Assembly: GCA_965232485.1 (NCBI GenBank)
Contig: OZ246975.1
Location: 739,196-803,195 of the forward strand
Direction of reading: 5' to 3'
From: Rhodothermales bacterium
GTDB taxonomy: Bacteria; Bacteroidota; Rhodothermia; Rhodothermales; VXPQ01
DNA: 64,000 bases
How positions within the stretch are numbered: position 1 is the stretch's first letter; every line of letters begins with the position of its first letter. The notes under the pieces are model-generated. The model had not been told where the DNA came from. It saw only the letters and a list, made by a program, of their open reading frames with translations, and searched no databases. The translations under genes and the position numbers were made by a program. Positions 47,772 to 57,594 of this stretch are shown here, piece after piece.

Positions 47772-47873
47772 CATATTAAAAAATATTCCCCCGAACCAAG
47801 AAACGAACCCGACGGTACAACAAGCCGCAATGACGCGCCTTATCTCGCCATCGCTTTCCAGCCCCTGAAGCCC

Positions 47874-48782
47874 ATGCCGCCTCCCCGACGTCCAGCCGAC
47901 TTGCCCCGCATCCGCGAGCAGCTCATGACCTGGATCGCCCGGCAAACCCGCGAAGAAGCCCTGCGCTGGCTGCGCGACCGCTGCGAGGCCATCGCAGGCG
48001 GCGCGCCGGACTCCAAATGTTTTCTGGCGTTCAGCGGCGCTCCCCGGCGGATTTCCAAAGACGCCCTTGCGCTCGACAAGGCGGACCTGGCGCAAGCCGA
48101 CGCCCTGCGTCCGGGATGGAACCCCGCAGGCTGGAGCGCGGACGAAGCGGCCCGCGCCCTCCTGATCCTGTCCCGCCCCGCGGACGACGAAAACGCGTAC
48201 GTCGGCATGGTCGAGCAACTGTTCTCGACCGCCGACGTCCGCGAATCGGCGGCGCTGTACCGCATGCTGCCGCTCTACCCCTTTCCCGAACGTTTCCGGG
48301 CCCGCGCCGCCGAAGGCGTCCGGAGCAACATGACCTCCGTATTCCAGGCCGTCGCACACCGCAACCCCTACCCCTCGGAATATTTCGACGAGGGCGCCTG
48401 GAACCAGATGATCCTCAAAGCCCTCTTTACCGATAGCGTCCTGTGCGAGGTGGTCGGACTGGATTCGCGCAGCAACCCGTCCCTGGCCCGCATGCTCGCG
48501 GACTACGCGCGCGAGCGCTGGGCCGCCGGACGCGTCGTTTCCCCCGAACTCTGGCGTCCCGTGGGACCATTCGCGACGCAAGGCTATCTGCCCGACCTGC
48601 AACGCGTCCTGCACAGCGACGACGAAGCGGAGCAAGAAGCCGCCGCCCTGACGCTGGCCCAGGCGAACGCGCCCGCCGCCAACGAACTGCTGGACGCATT
48701 CCCCCGCCTGAAACAACGCATCGGAACCGGCGAACTGACCTGGGAATCGTTTGCCCGGAACCGGATCGCGGGCGCGGCATAG
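47874..48782 (+). CDS. eboA: EboA-like protein (first gene of the ebo cluster)
   Basis: 302 aa with no enzymatic motif recognised. The call rests mainly on its position ahead of the TatD / DHQS-like / TIM-barrel / phosphodiesterase genes. Confidence 0.6.
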   Translation: MPPPRRPADLPRIREQLMTWIARQTREEALRWLRDRCEAIAGGAPDSKCFLAFSGAPRRISKDALALDKADLAQADALRPGWNPAGWSADEAARALLILSRPADDENAYVGMVEQLFSTADVRESAALYRMLPLYPFPERFRARAAEGVRSNMTSVFQAVAHRNPYPSEYFDEGAWNQMILKALFTDSVLCEVVGLDSRSNPSLARMLADYARERWAAGRVVSPELWRPVGPFATQGYLPDLQRVLHSDDEAEQEAAALTLAQANAPAANELLDAFPRLKQRIGTGELTWESFARNRIAGAA

Positions 48783-48882
48783 GCTTTCGCATCCACGCCG
48801 GACAACCCCGACGCCATATCATCTTTCGATACTTCTTTCCCGACTTTGCGGCGCAAGCGCCGCCTTCGCCCTCCTTGCCGTT

Positions 48883-49803
48883 ATGCCGACGCGACCTCCC
48901 CTGTACATTGATCCGCATGTCCACATGATCTCCCGGACCACGGACGACTACGAAGCCATGCGCGCCGGCGGCGTCGCAGCCGTCATAGAACCCGCCTTCT
49001 GGCTGGGCCAGCCGCGCACTACGGTGGGAGCCTTCAAGGATTATTTCTCCATGATCGTGGGCTGGGAACGCTTCCGGGCAGGCCAGTTCGGCGTTCGGCA
49101 TTACTGCGCCATCGGACTCAACGCCAAGGAAGCGAACAACGAACCGCTTGCAGACGAAGTGATGGAGCTCCTGCCGCTCTACGCCGCCAAGGAGGGCGTC
49201 GTGGCGATCGGAGAAATCGGATACGACGACATGACGCCCGCCGAGGACAAATATTTCCGGCTGCAACTTGAACTGGCGCAAGAACTCGACATGCTCGTGC
49301 TCATTCATACCCCCCATCGCAACAAAAAAGAAGGAACGAGCCGCAGCATGGATACCTGCGACGACATGGGACTGGCCCCGGATCGGGTTATCGTGGACCA
49401 CAACAACGAAGAAACGGTCCGGGAAGTCCTCGACCGCGGCTACTGGGCCGCCTTCACCATCTATCCGTTCACGAAAATGGGCAACGAACGGATGGTCGAG
49501 ATTGTGCGGGAATACGGCGCAGAGCGAATTTTCATAGACAGCGCGGCGGACTGGGGCGTCAGCGATCCGCTGGCCGTGCCCAAAACGGCCCGCCTCATGG
49601 CCGAGCGAGGCGTTCCGGAAGACGCGATCCGCGCCGTGACGTACGACAACGCCCTTGCGGCGTACGGGCAAAGCGGGCAGTTTTCGGAAAAGGACTGGCT
49701 GGAGCCGGAGCCCATCGACCAGCGCGACCTGTACGGCGGAAATTCGGTGCTGCGCGGCGGACAAACCCCCGTAGTCCAGGACAAAGGATTGATTATCGAG
49801 TAA
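48883..49803 (+). CDS. eboB: TatD-family metal-dependent hydrolase (EboB)
   Basis: Start at the ATG at 48883. YIDPHVHM, ...AIGEIGYD..., LVLIHTPH, ...FIDSAADWG amidohydrolase-fold motifs. Confidence 0.8.
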   Translation: MPTRPPLYIDPHVHMISRTTDDYEAMRAGGVAAVIEPAFWLGQPRTTVGAFKDYFSMIVGWERFRAGQFGVRHYCAIGLNAKEANNEPLADEVMELLPLYAAKEGVVAIGEIGYDDMTPAEDKYFRLQLELAQELDMLVLIHTPHRNKKEGTSRSMDTCDDMGLAPDRVIVDHNNEETVREVLDRGYWAAFTIYPFTKMGNERMVEIVREYGAERIFIDSAADWGVSDPLAVPKTARLMAERGVPEDAIRAVTYDNALAAYGQSGQFSEKDWLEPEPIDQRDLYGGNSVLRGGQTPVVQDKGLIIE

Positions 49804-50009
49804 CGTCCGTCAATCCCGGACCGCATCGCCGGACGTCCCGACGTCGACGAGGCTGGACCTGGCGCTTCGCCCCGCGCCCGGCGAAATTGCGGAAACCTGC
49901 GGCGCCGACCTGATCTTTTCTGCGACGAACGGGTATTATGCCCCGGCGCCGGACGAAAGCAATCCGGCGCGCCGCCCGCAAGCCATTCGCCGCAGGAAAA
50001 CCCGTACCG

Positions 50010-51209
50010 ATGCAAACGATCCGGCAGGATATTCAGGTTGCCTTCCGGTACGACGTACATTTCGTCGCGGACGCCTTCGATCCGGGAAACGACCTGCTCG
50101 GCCGCATCGTCGGGGCAGAGGAAGGCGTCGCCTGGCGGAAGATACTGCCGGTGATCGACGAGGGATTGCTGCCCCATTACCCGGACCTGCGCGAGCGCAT
50201 GGAGGCGTATTTCGCGCAATGGGCCGATGCGCTGACCCTGCATCCCCCCGTGACGGCGCCGGCGGGCGAAGCCGCCAAAAACGATCCTGCGCTGGTCAGC
50301 AAACTGCACGCCGCCATCCGACGCGGCGGACTGTGCCGCCATTCGTTCGTCCTGGCGATCGGAGGCGGCTCCGTTCTGGACCTTGCCGGATACGCCGCAG
50401 CCACCGCGCACCGGGGCGTCCGCCTCGTTCGCATGCCGACCACGGTGCTGGCCCAGAACGATTCGGGCGTGGGGGTCAAAAACAGCGTCAACGCACTGAA
50501 CGCCAAGAATTTTCTGGGCGCGTTCGCGCCGCCGTACGCGGTGGTGAATGATTTTTCCTTCCTGCCCTCGCTATCCGACCGCGACTGGCGAAGCGGGATC
50601 GCCGAAGCCGTCAAGGTAGCGCTCGTCAAGGACGGCGCGTTCTTCGACGAACTTGAAGCGGATGCGGAACGCCTTGCGCCGCCCCGGCGGGACGCAGACG
50701 CCATGGAACGGCTTATCTACCAGTGCGCCGCCCTGCATCTGGACCATATCGCCACCTCGGGGGACCCTTTCGAGATGGGAACCTCTCGCCCTCTTGATTT
50801 CGGCCACTGGGCCGCGCATCAGCTGGAGCAGCTCACGAATTATGCGCTGCGGCACGGGGAAGCGGTGGCCATAGGCGTCGCCCTTGACGCCGCCTATTCG
50901 CATCTGTGCGGCCTCCTCTCCGAACGCGACCGGAACCGGGTGTTCGGCCTGCTCGAAACCATGGGCTTCCGTCTGTACGCGCCTGAAATCGGGGCGCACA
51001 TGGACGAGCCTGATCATCCGCGATCCATTTTCCGGGGCCTCGAGGCTTTTCGGGAGCACCTCGGCGGCGCGTTGACCGTCATGCTGCTGGCGGGCGTCGG
51101 CCAGGGCGTGGAAGTGCACGAGGTCGATCCGGCCCTGTATCGGCAGGCCATCGCCCTGTTGCGCGAGCGGGCAAGCCGCGCCGAACCCGTCGCCGCACAC
51201 ATTCCCTGA
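50010..51209 (+). CDS. eboD: 3-dehydroquinate synthase-like sugar phosphate cyclase (EboD)
   Basis: Start at the ATG at 50010. ...VLAIGGGSVLDLAGYAA..., RMPTTVLAQNDSGVGVKN, ...HWAAHQLE... DHQS-fold metal and NAD motifs. Confidence 0.8.
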   Translation: MQTIRQDIQVAFRYDVHFVADAFDPGNDLLGRIVGAEEGVAWRKILPVIDEGLLPHYPDLRERMEAYFAQWADALTLHPPVTAPAGEAAKNDPALVSKLHAAIRRGGLCRHSFVLAIGGGSVLDLAGYAAATAHRGVRLVRMPTTVLAQNDSGVGVKNSVNALNAKNFLGAFAPPYAVVNDFSFLPSLSDRDWRSGIAEAVKVALVKDGAFFDELEADAERLAPPRRDADAMERLIYQCAALHLDHIATSGDPFEMGTSRPLDFGHWAAHQLEQLTNYALRHGEAVAIGVALDAAYSHLCGLLSERDRNRVFGLLETMGFRLYAPEIGAHMDEPDHPRSIFRGLEAFREHLGGALTVMLLAGVGQGVEVHEVDPALYRQAIALLRERASRAEPVAAHIP

Positions 51210-51214
51210 CGACC

Positions 51215-52447
51215 ATGCGCATTCGGCACGGAGAAGGCCTGGAACTGACCTACTGCGCCAACATCCACCCGGGCGAAACGCTCGACGAGGCGGAAGAAAA
51301 CCTGCGGACGCATGCGGTCGCCGTCAAGAAAAAGGTGTCTCCCGACGCGCCCATGGGCGTGGGGCTGCGCCTGTCCAGCCGCGCCGCGGACGCATTGACC
51401 GAAGACGCCGCCCGCCTCGACCGTTTTCGCAGCCTGCTGGACGAACGCGGGCTGTACGCCTTCACGATCAACGGTTTCCCGTACGGCCATTTTCACCGGA
51501 AGCGCGTCAAGGACGAGGTCTATAAGCCGGACTGGCGCACCGCCGAGCGGCGCATCTACACGGAACGGCTCGCAAATATTCTCGCGCGGCTGCTGCCGGA
51601 CGGCGTCGAGGGCAGCATTTCCACCTCTCCCCTTTCCTACAAACCCTGGCTACGGGAGCAGTATATCTGGAACGATGCGCTGCGCATGGGCGCGGAGCAG
51701 CTTGCCGACGTCGCCTTCCGGCTTTTCGCGCGGCGCGAACGCACCGGACAGCTCATCCATGTCGGGATTGAGCCGGAACCGGATTGCCTGATCGAAAACA
51801 CCGCTGAAACCGTGTCCTTCTTCAAGGAATGGCTCTGGCGACGCGGAACGAGCCGCCTGAGGCAGCGGCGCGGCCTCAACAGGACGCAGGCGGAAGATAT
51901 TTTGCGAGAACATATTCGCCTGTGCTACGACACATGCCACTTTGCGGTGGAATTCGAATCTCCCCGAGAAGCGCTGGCGACGTTCGAAACGGCCGGGATC
52001 CGGCTCGGTAAAATCCAGATCAGCGCGGCGTTGCGCGTTCCGCTGGACGAGCCTGGCGCGGCGACCCGGCGGACGCTGCGCGACGCGCTGGAGCCCTTCG
52101 CGGAATCCACCTACCTGCATCAAGTGGCGGCTCGGTCGGCGAACGGGGCGCTGCACCGCTACCGGGACCTGCCCGACGCCCTCCCCTGCCTGCCGACCGA
52201 CGAGGCGGAAGAATGGCGGATTCATTACCATGTGCCCGTGTTCATCGACCGGTTTCCGCATTTCCGCTCGACGCAGGAAGACATTACGGCCACGCTTGCA
52301 CAGGCGCTGCGGGGCGGCTTGTGTCCCCACCTTGAGATCGAAACCTACACTTGGGAGGTGCTTCCGGAGCCGCTCAAAACGGATGTCGTATCCTCCATCG
52401 CCCGCGAATATGCATGGGTGATGGCCTGCCTTGATCGCATCGCCTGA
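51215..52447 (+). CDS. eboE: xylose isomerase-like TIM-barrel protein (EboE)
   Basis: 410 aa. LTYCANIHPGETL..., INGFPYGHF..., HVGIEPEPDC..., CYDTCHFAVEF... matches the EboE-type TIM barrel as I recall it. Confidence 0.8.
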   Translation: MRIRHGEGLELTYCANIHPGETLDEAEENLRTHAVAVKKKVSPDAPMGVGLRLSSRAADALTEDAARLDRFRSLLDERGLYAFTINGFPYGHFHRKRVKDEVYKPDWRTAERRIYTERLANILARLLPDGVEGSISTSPLSYKPWLREQYIWNDALRMGAEQLADVAFRLFARRERTGQLIHVGIEPEPDCLIENTAETVSFFKEWLWRRGTSRLRQRRGLNRTQAEDILREHIRLCYDTCHFAVEFESPREALATFETAGIRLGKIQISAALRVPLDEPGAATRRTLRDALEPFAESTYLHQVAARSANGALHRYRDLPDALPCLPTDEAEEWRIHYHVPVFIDRFPHFRSTQEDITATLAQALRGGLCPHLEIETYTWEVLPEPLKTDVVSSIAREYAWVMACLDRIA

Positions 52448-52465
52448 AGCGCCGCCTCGCTCGCC

Positions 52466-53857
52466 ATGCCGAAACTCGCCGTTCTGAATGTCGTCGGGCT
52501 GACGCCCCGCCTCTTGCCGCATGCGCCTTTCCTGTCGGCGTGGGCCGAGCGCGGCAAGTCCGCATCCATGACGCCCGTCCTGCCCGCGGTCACGTGTTCC
52601 ATGCAAGCCACCCTGCTGACCGGGACCATGCCCTCGAAACATGGAATCGTCGGCAACGGCTGGTATGTCCGGGACGAGGGAGAAATCCGGTTCTGGCGGC
52701 AGTCGAACCGGCTCGTGCAGGGCGAAAAGATATGGGAAAAGGCGCGGCGCCTCGGCGCGGACAGAACCGGGCCGGGCATGATCTCGGCCAACCTGTTCTG
52801 GTGGTACAATATGTACTCGTCGGTGGAATATGCGGTGACGCCCCGTCCCATGTACCCCGCCGACGGGCGGAAAATTCCAGACGTCTGGGTCGAGCCGGAA
52901 GCGTTGCGGGCGGAGTTGCAGCGCAAACTGGGCAGGTTCCCGCTGTTCGAATTCTGGGGACCCGGAACGAGCATACGTTCGAGCGAATGGATCGCCCGAG
53001 CCGCGTTGCATGTGGACGCGGCGTGCGATCCGGGCATGACGTTCGTCTATCTGCCCCATCTGGACTACGTATTGCAACGCGAAGGGCCGGACGGGCCCGG
53101 CGTGGCGGCGGAGGCGGCGCAAATCGACGCGGTCTGCGAGGAACTCGTGGCGCACTACGAAGCGCAGGGCGCGGCCGTCCTTGTGCTTTCGGAATACGGC
53201 GTCACGCCCGCGCGGCGGGCCGTGTCGCTCAATCGCGCGCTGCGGCGGGAAGGCTTTCTGCGCATACGGGAAGAACTGGGGCGCGAACTTCTTGATGCGG
53301 GAGCGAGCCGGGCCTTTGCGGTAGCGGACCATCAAGTGGCGCATGTGTACGCGAACGACCCGGAGGCGCTGGAGGATGTGCGCGCGCTCGTCGAAGAGAC
53401 CGACGGCGTCGCCCAGGTCCTGCAGGGCGAGGAACGCGCCGCCTATGGCCTGGATCATCCCCGGGCGGGGGATCTCGTCGCCGTGGCCGAGCCGGACGCC
53501 TGGTTCGCGTATTACTACTGGCTGGACGACGACCGGGCGCCCGATTTCGCCCGCACCGTGGATATTCATCGCAAGCCGGGCTACGATCCGTGCGAACTCT
53601 TTCTGGACCCGGCCCTGCCCTCGGCCCGGCTCAAGGCAGCGTGGCGGCTATTGCAAAAGAAACTGGGGTTTCGCTACCTGCTGGACGTCATCCCCCTGGA
53701 CCCGTCGCTGGTCCGGGGATCGCACGGACGGCTGCCGGACGATCCGCTGGATGGGCCGCTGGTCCTCTCCAACCGCGCCGACCTGCTCCCGGACGGCCCG
53801 TTGCACGCCACCGAAATGCAGGACGCAATGCTGGCGCACCTCGGGGCGGGACAGTAG
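52466..53857 (+). CDS. eboF: alkaline phosphatase / nucleotide pyrophosphatase-phosphodiesterase family protein (EboF)
   Basis: 463 aa. ...VLPAVTCSMQATLLTGTMPSKHGIVGNGWY (nucleophile Thr region), ...YLPHLDY..., ...GSHG... Confidence 0.8.
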   Translation: MPKLAVLNVVGLTPRLLPHAPFLSAWAERGKSASMTPVLPAVTCSMQATLLTGTMPSKHGIVGNGWYVRDEGEIRFWRQSNRLVQGEKIWEKARRLGADRTGPGMISANLFWWYNMYSSVEYAVTPRPMYPADGRKIPDVWVEPEALRAELQRKLGRFPLFEFWGPGTSIRSSEWIARAALHVDAACDPGMTFVYLPHLDYVLQREGPDGPGVAAEAAQIDAVCEELVAHYEAQGAAVLVLSEYGVTPARRAVSLNRALRREGFLRIREELGRELLDAGASRAFAVADHQVAHVYANDPEALEDVRALVEETDGVAQVLQGEERAAYGLDHPRAGDLVAVAEPDAWFAYYYWLDDDRAPDFARTVDIHRKPGYDPCELFLDPALPSARLKAAWRLLQKKLGFRYLLDVIPLDPSLVRGSHGRLPDDPLDGPLVLSNRADLLPDGPLHATEMQDAMLAHLGAGQ

Positions 53858-53947
53858 CGTTTGCGCTGGCGCGCGCCCTTGACATTGCGGACGCGCCGGC
53901 GTCCGTCCTCGTTTGGGACGGACTGTCAAGTACTATAACGCCCCGTG

Positions 53948-55045
53948 CTACATTTCGACGATGCGCCGCCAGGCGGCGCGGGCCAGCACGAGGCGAGCCG
54001 AGATACGATGGGTATATCCCAGATCGGAAGCCAGGCCCGCAAAATTCCCGAATCCGTAATTGAAGGTCAGGCGACCCAGGTGCAAACCGGCCCCCACTGT
54101 CGGCGCCGCATCCCATCCGTCGTCTCCCGACCTTAGAACATCGGTACAGCCCGCGCGCAAGGCCACGACGTCCCGAAAACCGTATTCCACGCCCAGCCGG
54201 GGGTGGTACGATACGCCGCCCGTGTGCAGCGCCCAGGCTTGCCGCCCCTCGAAAGCCATATCCACATCAAGGGCCAGCGCGATGCGGTGCGCGCCCGCGT
54301 TCAGAATATATCCCGATCCGAGCCGCAGCACAGGCAGAACCGTCTCCACGCCGCCCTTCGGAATCGTTTGCCCGAAAACATCTTCGATATTCGAAAGCAA
54401 ATCCCGGTTGACGGTCCAGGATTGCCGCATGCCGGCGGCGTCCTGCAGGTTGGCGCCCGCCCTGAAGGAACCGCGACGGTACAACGCCCCGACGTCGAAA
54501 CTATACCCCCAGGCGTCCGCAAAATCTCCAATGCTGCGGCGAACGATCTTTGCGGTCGCGCCCGCGGCGAAGCTCGTCCGCACCTGACGCGCATAGCTTA
54601 TGAAGAACGCTGCATCCGCCGCGGAAAAACTGGAAATATGCTCTTCCGGGTTCGGTCGAGGCTGATCGCGCTCGGGGTCCCAGGCGTCCAGCGTGTTTTT
54701 TATGTCGTTCACGCCGCTCCGGAAAAACGAAGCTCCCAGTGTCGAGCGGGCGTTGACCGGCCATGAAACCGCCCCGTAATCGAACGAAACGATCCCGGCG
54801 AAGCGCTCCGCGTGCATGTATTCGACTTCGGGGAAGAGGGTCTGGCTGAGGCCGGCGGGATTCCAGTACCCTGCGCTGACGTCGTCCGCGAGCGCAATAT
54901 GGGCGCCGCCCATGCCCAGCGCCCGTCCGCCCGCGCCGGCGGCCAGAAAATCCGCCCCGTAGCTTACCACCTGCCCAGCGACAGGCGCCGCCGCAAACAA
55001 GGCCGCCAAAAGACCTGCGCAAAAAGACGATCGGACTGCGGTCAT
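53948..55045 (-). CDS. PorV/PorQ-family outer-membrane beta-barrel protein
   Basis: Start at MTAVRSS (55045). Signal peptide, GGRALGMGGAHIALADDVSAGYWNPAGL motif, alternating strands to the C-terminus. Confidence 0.65.
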   Translation of the reverse strand: MTAVRSSFCAGLLAALFAAAPVAGQVVSYGADFLAAGAGGRALGMGGAHIALADDVSAGYWNPAGLSQTLFPEVEYMHAERFAGIVSFDYGAVSWPVNARSTLGASFFRSGVNDIKNTLDAWDPERDQPRPNPEEHISSFSAADAAFFISYARQVRTSFAAGATAKIVRRSIGDFADAWGYSFDVGALYRRGSFRAGANLQDAAGMRQSWTVNRDLLSNIEDVFGQTIPKGGVETVLPVLRLGSGYILNAGAHRIALALDVDMAFEGRQAWALHTGGVSYHPRLGVEYGFRDVVALRAGCTDVLRSGDDGWDAAPTVGAGLHLGRLTFNYGFGNFAGLASDLGYTHRISARLVLARAAWRRIVEM

Positions 55046-55142
55046 AAAATTTTGCGGTTGCACGGGTTCTGTCCGGATTCGTCCCGGCCCGCCGCAGCGA
55101 AACGAACGGCGCGGCGGCGTCGACGTCGAATCAGCGCACCCC

Positions 55143-55841
55143 TCAGGTCGTTTGCGATACGTTCCGGGTTGCGCTCCGGTGCCGGATATCTACGCCTTCC
55201 ACCAGAAAAACAACGATCTTGCCGATGTTTTTCGCATGATCGGCGATACGCTCGATCGACTTGCCCATATGCGCGAGGTGGACAATTTTGTCGGCCTGAT
55301 CCGGCCAGGTATGAAAAAGCGGGCCGATCATGGTCAACATTTCCTCGTACATCCGGTCCACGCGCCGGTCGTGCGCGACGATTTGTCGGGCCAGCACATG
55401 ATCTTTCCGGAAAAAAGCCTCGTGGGCGCTCCGCAACATCCAGCGCGCCTCGTCCGCAATGGCCTGAAGATTCGACACGGGCGGCATCTTGGCGGGAAAA
55501 TCGGCCAGACACACATGCTTGGCGATGTTTTTGGCGTGATCGCCTATCCGTTCCAGGTCCGTATTAACCTTCACCGCCGCGATAATGAGCCGAAGATCGA
55601 CCGCCACGGGCGTAAACAGGGCCAGAATGCGCTCGCATTGCTCGTCCACCTCCAGTTCCAATCGATCCACTTCGTCGTCGCGCTTCCACACCTCCCGGGC
55701 CAGTTCCAGGTCGTTGCCGGATACGGCGTTCATGGCGTTGGCCACCTGCGCCTCGGCCAGTTCCGACATATTGGAAAGCAATTGACGGAGCTCGGCCAAT
55801 TCGTCGTCGAGGTGTCGATTTGATTGGGTGCGTACCGTCAT
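55143..55841 (-). CDS. phoU: phosphate signalling complex protein PhoU
   Basis: Start at the ATG at 55841. Two PhoU repeats (...DLERIGDHAKNIAK..., ...SIERIADHAKNIGK...). Confidence 0.92.
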   Translation of the reverse strand: MTVRTQSNRHLDDELAELRQLLSNMSELAEAQVANAMNAVSGNDLELAREVWKRDDEVDRLELEVDEQCERILALFTPVAVDLRLIIAAVKVNTDLERIGDHAKNIAKHVCLADFPAKMPPVSNLQAIADEARWMLRSAHEAFFRKDHVLARQIVAHDRRVDRMYEEMLTMIGPLFHTWPDQADKIVHLAHMGKSIERIADHAKNIGKIVVFLVEGVDIRHRSATRNVSQTT

Positions 55842-55896
55842 GAATCCATTATCCCTGTTTGCCCTGACCGGAGCAGGCGAACCGCCGAGCCCCGAC

Positions 55897-56694
55897 CTAC
55901 CCGAATCTGCCTGTGATGTAATCTTCCGTACGCTTTCGGGCGGGACGGGTAAAAAGTTGTTCAGTGGCGTCGGCCTCAATCAACTCGCCCATGTAAAAAA
56001 ATGCGGTGCGGTCGCTGATTCTGCCTGCCTGCTGCATGTTATGGGTAACGATAATAATCGTATAGCGTTCCTTGAGTTGCAGAATCGTTTCTTCCAGCTT
56101 GGCCGTGGCGATCGGGTCCAGCGCGCTGGCCGGCTCGTCCATCAGCACGACGTCCGGGGCCACGGCCAGCGTACGGGCAATGCACAAACGCTGCTGCTGC
56201 CCCCCGCTGAGTCCGTAGGCCTGCGCATGCAGCCGGTCCTTGACCTCCTCCCAAAGCGCAGCCTTGCGCAAACATTCTTCCGCCAGCGCCGCTTCGCTGC
56301 CCTTGAAGCCATTGACGCGCGCGCCCCAGATCACGTTTTCGAAAATGGTCTTGGGAAACGGATTGGGTTTCTGGAACACCATCCCGACGCGGCGACGCAC
56401 CATGACGGGATCTGCATTGCGGTAAATGTCCCGCCCGTCAATGAGCACTCGGCCCTGGAAGCGGGCGTCCGGGATTAGCTCGTTCATCCGGTTCAGGCAA
56501 CGCAGCAACGTACTCTTGCCGCAGCCGGACGGCCCGATGAAGGCGGTCACTTCGTTGGCCTGGATGTCCAGCGAAACATCCTTGAGGACATGGTTCGCGC
56601 CGTACCAGAAGTCCAGATTTTCCACGCGGACCTTGGCCTCCTCCGACGCGCCTTGCCCGTCAACCAGCAATCCGTTTCGTTCGTTCGTTCCCAT
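55897..56694 (-). CDS. pstB: phosphate ABC transporter ATP-binding protein PstB
   Basis: 265 aa. [28 protein letters not shown] and a PstB-specific N-terminus. Confidence 0.97.
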   Translation of the reverse strand: MGTNERNGLLVDGQGASEEAKVRVENLDFWYGANHVLKDVSLDIQANEVTAFIGPSGCGKSTLLRCLNRMNELIPDARFQGRVLIDGRDIYRNADPVMVRRRVGMVFQKPNPFPKTIFENVIWGARVNGFKGSEAALAEECLRKAALWEEVKDRLHAQAYGLSGGQQQRLCIARTLAVAPDVVLMDEPASALDPIATAKLEETILQLKERYTIIIVTHNMQQAGRISDRTAFFYMGELIEADATEQLFTRPARKRTEDYITGRFG

Positions 56695-56712
56695 GAAATG
56701 CCTTGCCTTTGG

Positions 56713-57591
56713 TTATCTCCCCCGGTACTTCTCGAAGTAATTCCGCAACAGAATCGCGCTCAGATTCATCAGGAAGAGCACGATCATCAATATAATAATG
56801 CCTGCGGCGGCCAACGCCTGGAAATCCGCTTGCGGACGCGCCGTCCAGTTGAATATCTGAATGGGCAACACCGTGAACGGGTCCAGTACGCTCGCGGGCA
56901 GGAATGCGATGAACGTCAGGGCGCCGATCATGATAAGGGGCGCCGTTTCTCCAATGGCCCGGCTCAACGCCAGAATCACGCCCGTGAGGATGCTTGGAGC
57001 CGACATGGGCAGCAAATGACTCCAGACCACCTGCCGCCGCGTAGCGCCGAGCGCAAAGGCGCTTTCCCGAATCCCCGCAGGAATGGCCCGCAACGCCTCC
57101 TGGGAGCTAATGACGATGATGGGCAAAATCAGCAGGGCCATGGTCAAGGCCCCCGCCAGCAGGCTGCGTCCAAGGGCAAAGAAGCGCACGAAAAGCGTCA
57201 GGCCCAGGATGCCGTAGACCACCGAAGGAATGCCTGCAAGATTGTTTATGTTGATCTGGACGATCTTCAGGAACCAGCTCCGCGGCGCATATTCTTCAAG
57301 GTACAGGGCCGACGCCACCCCGATGGGAACGGATATGCCCGCGGTGAGCAGAATCATCCAGAGCGAACCGACGATGGCGGACTTGATTCCGGCGCGCGCC
57401 GGAATGCGCGAAGGAAAATGGGTGAAAAACTCCCAATCGAGCCATTGCCCGCCTTGCACGATCACGTCCACGATCAGCGTGACAAGCACGACCAGGCCGG
57501 ATGACGTGGCCAGAAACAGCAACACGCTGAACATCAGCCCCCTGCGGCGACGGCGCTCAAGGCGCTCGTTGTATTGTTGCGAGGAGGTCAC
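56713..57591 (-). CDS. pstA: phosphate ABC transporter permease PstA
   Basis: 292 aa. EAA loop ...ESAFALGATRRQVVW... and six TM segments. Confidence 0.95.
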   Translation of the reverse strand: MTSSQQYNERLERRRRRGLMFSVLLFLATSSGLVVLVTLIVDVIVQGGQWLDWEFFTHFPSRIPARAGIKSAIVGSLWMILLTAGISVPIGVASALYLEEYAPRSWFLKIVQININNLAGIPSVVYGILGLTLFVRFFALGRSLLAGALTMALLILPIIVISSQEALRAIPAGIRESAFALGATRRQVVWSHLLPMSAPSILTGVILALSRAIGETAPLIMIGALTFIAFLPASVLDPFTVLPIQIFNWTARPQADFQALAAAGIIILMIVLFLMNLSAILLRNYFEKYRGR

Positions 57592-57594
57592 AAA

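Noticed and set aside
51650-53569. 639-aa - strand ORF
   Set aside because: It is antisense to eboE/eboF, with no motifs and an Arg/Gly/Pro-rich composition.
53888-53923. Two overlapping GC hairpins (CGGACGC-GCCG-GCGTCCG and GTCCGTCC-TCGTTTG-GGACGGAC) between convergent eboF and the PorV/PorQ-like gene
   Set aside because: They are plausible bidirectional terminator structures, but neither strand has a following U-tract. Not called as a feature.
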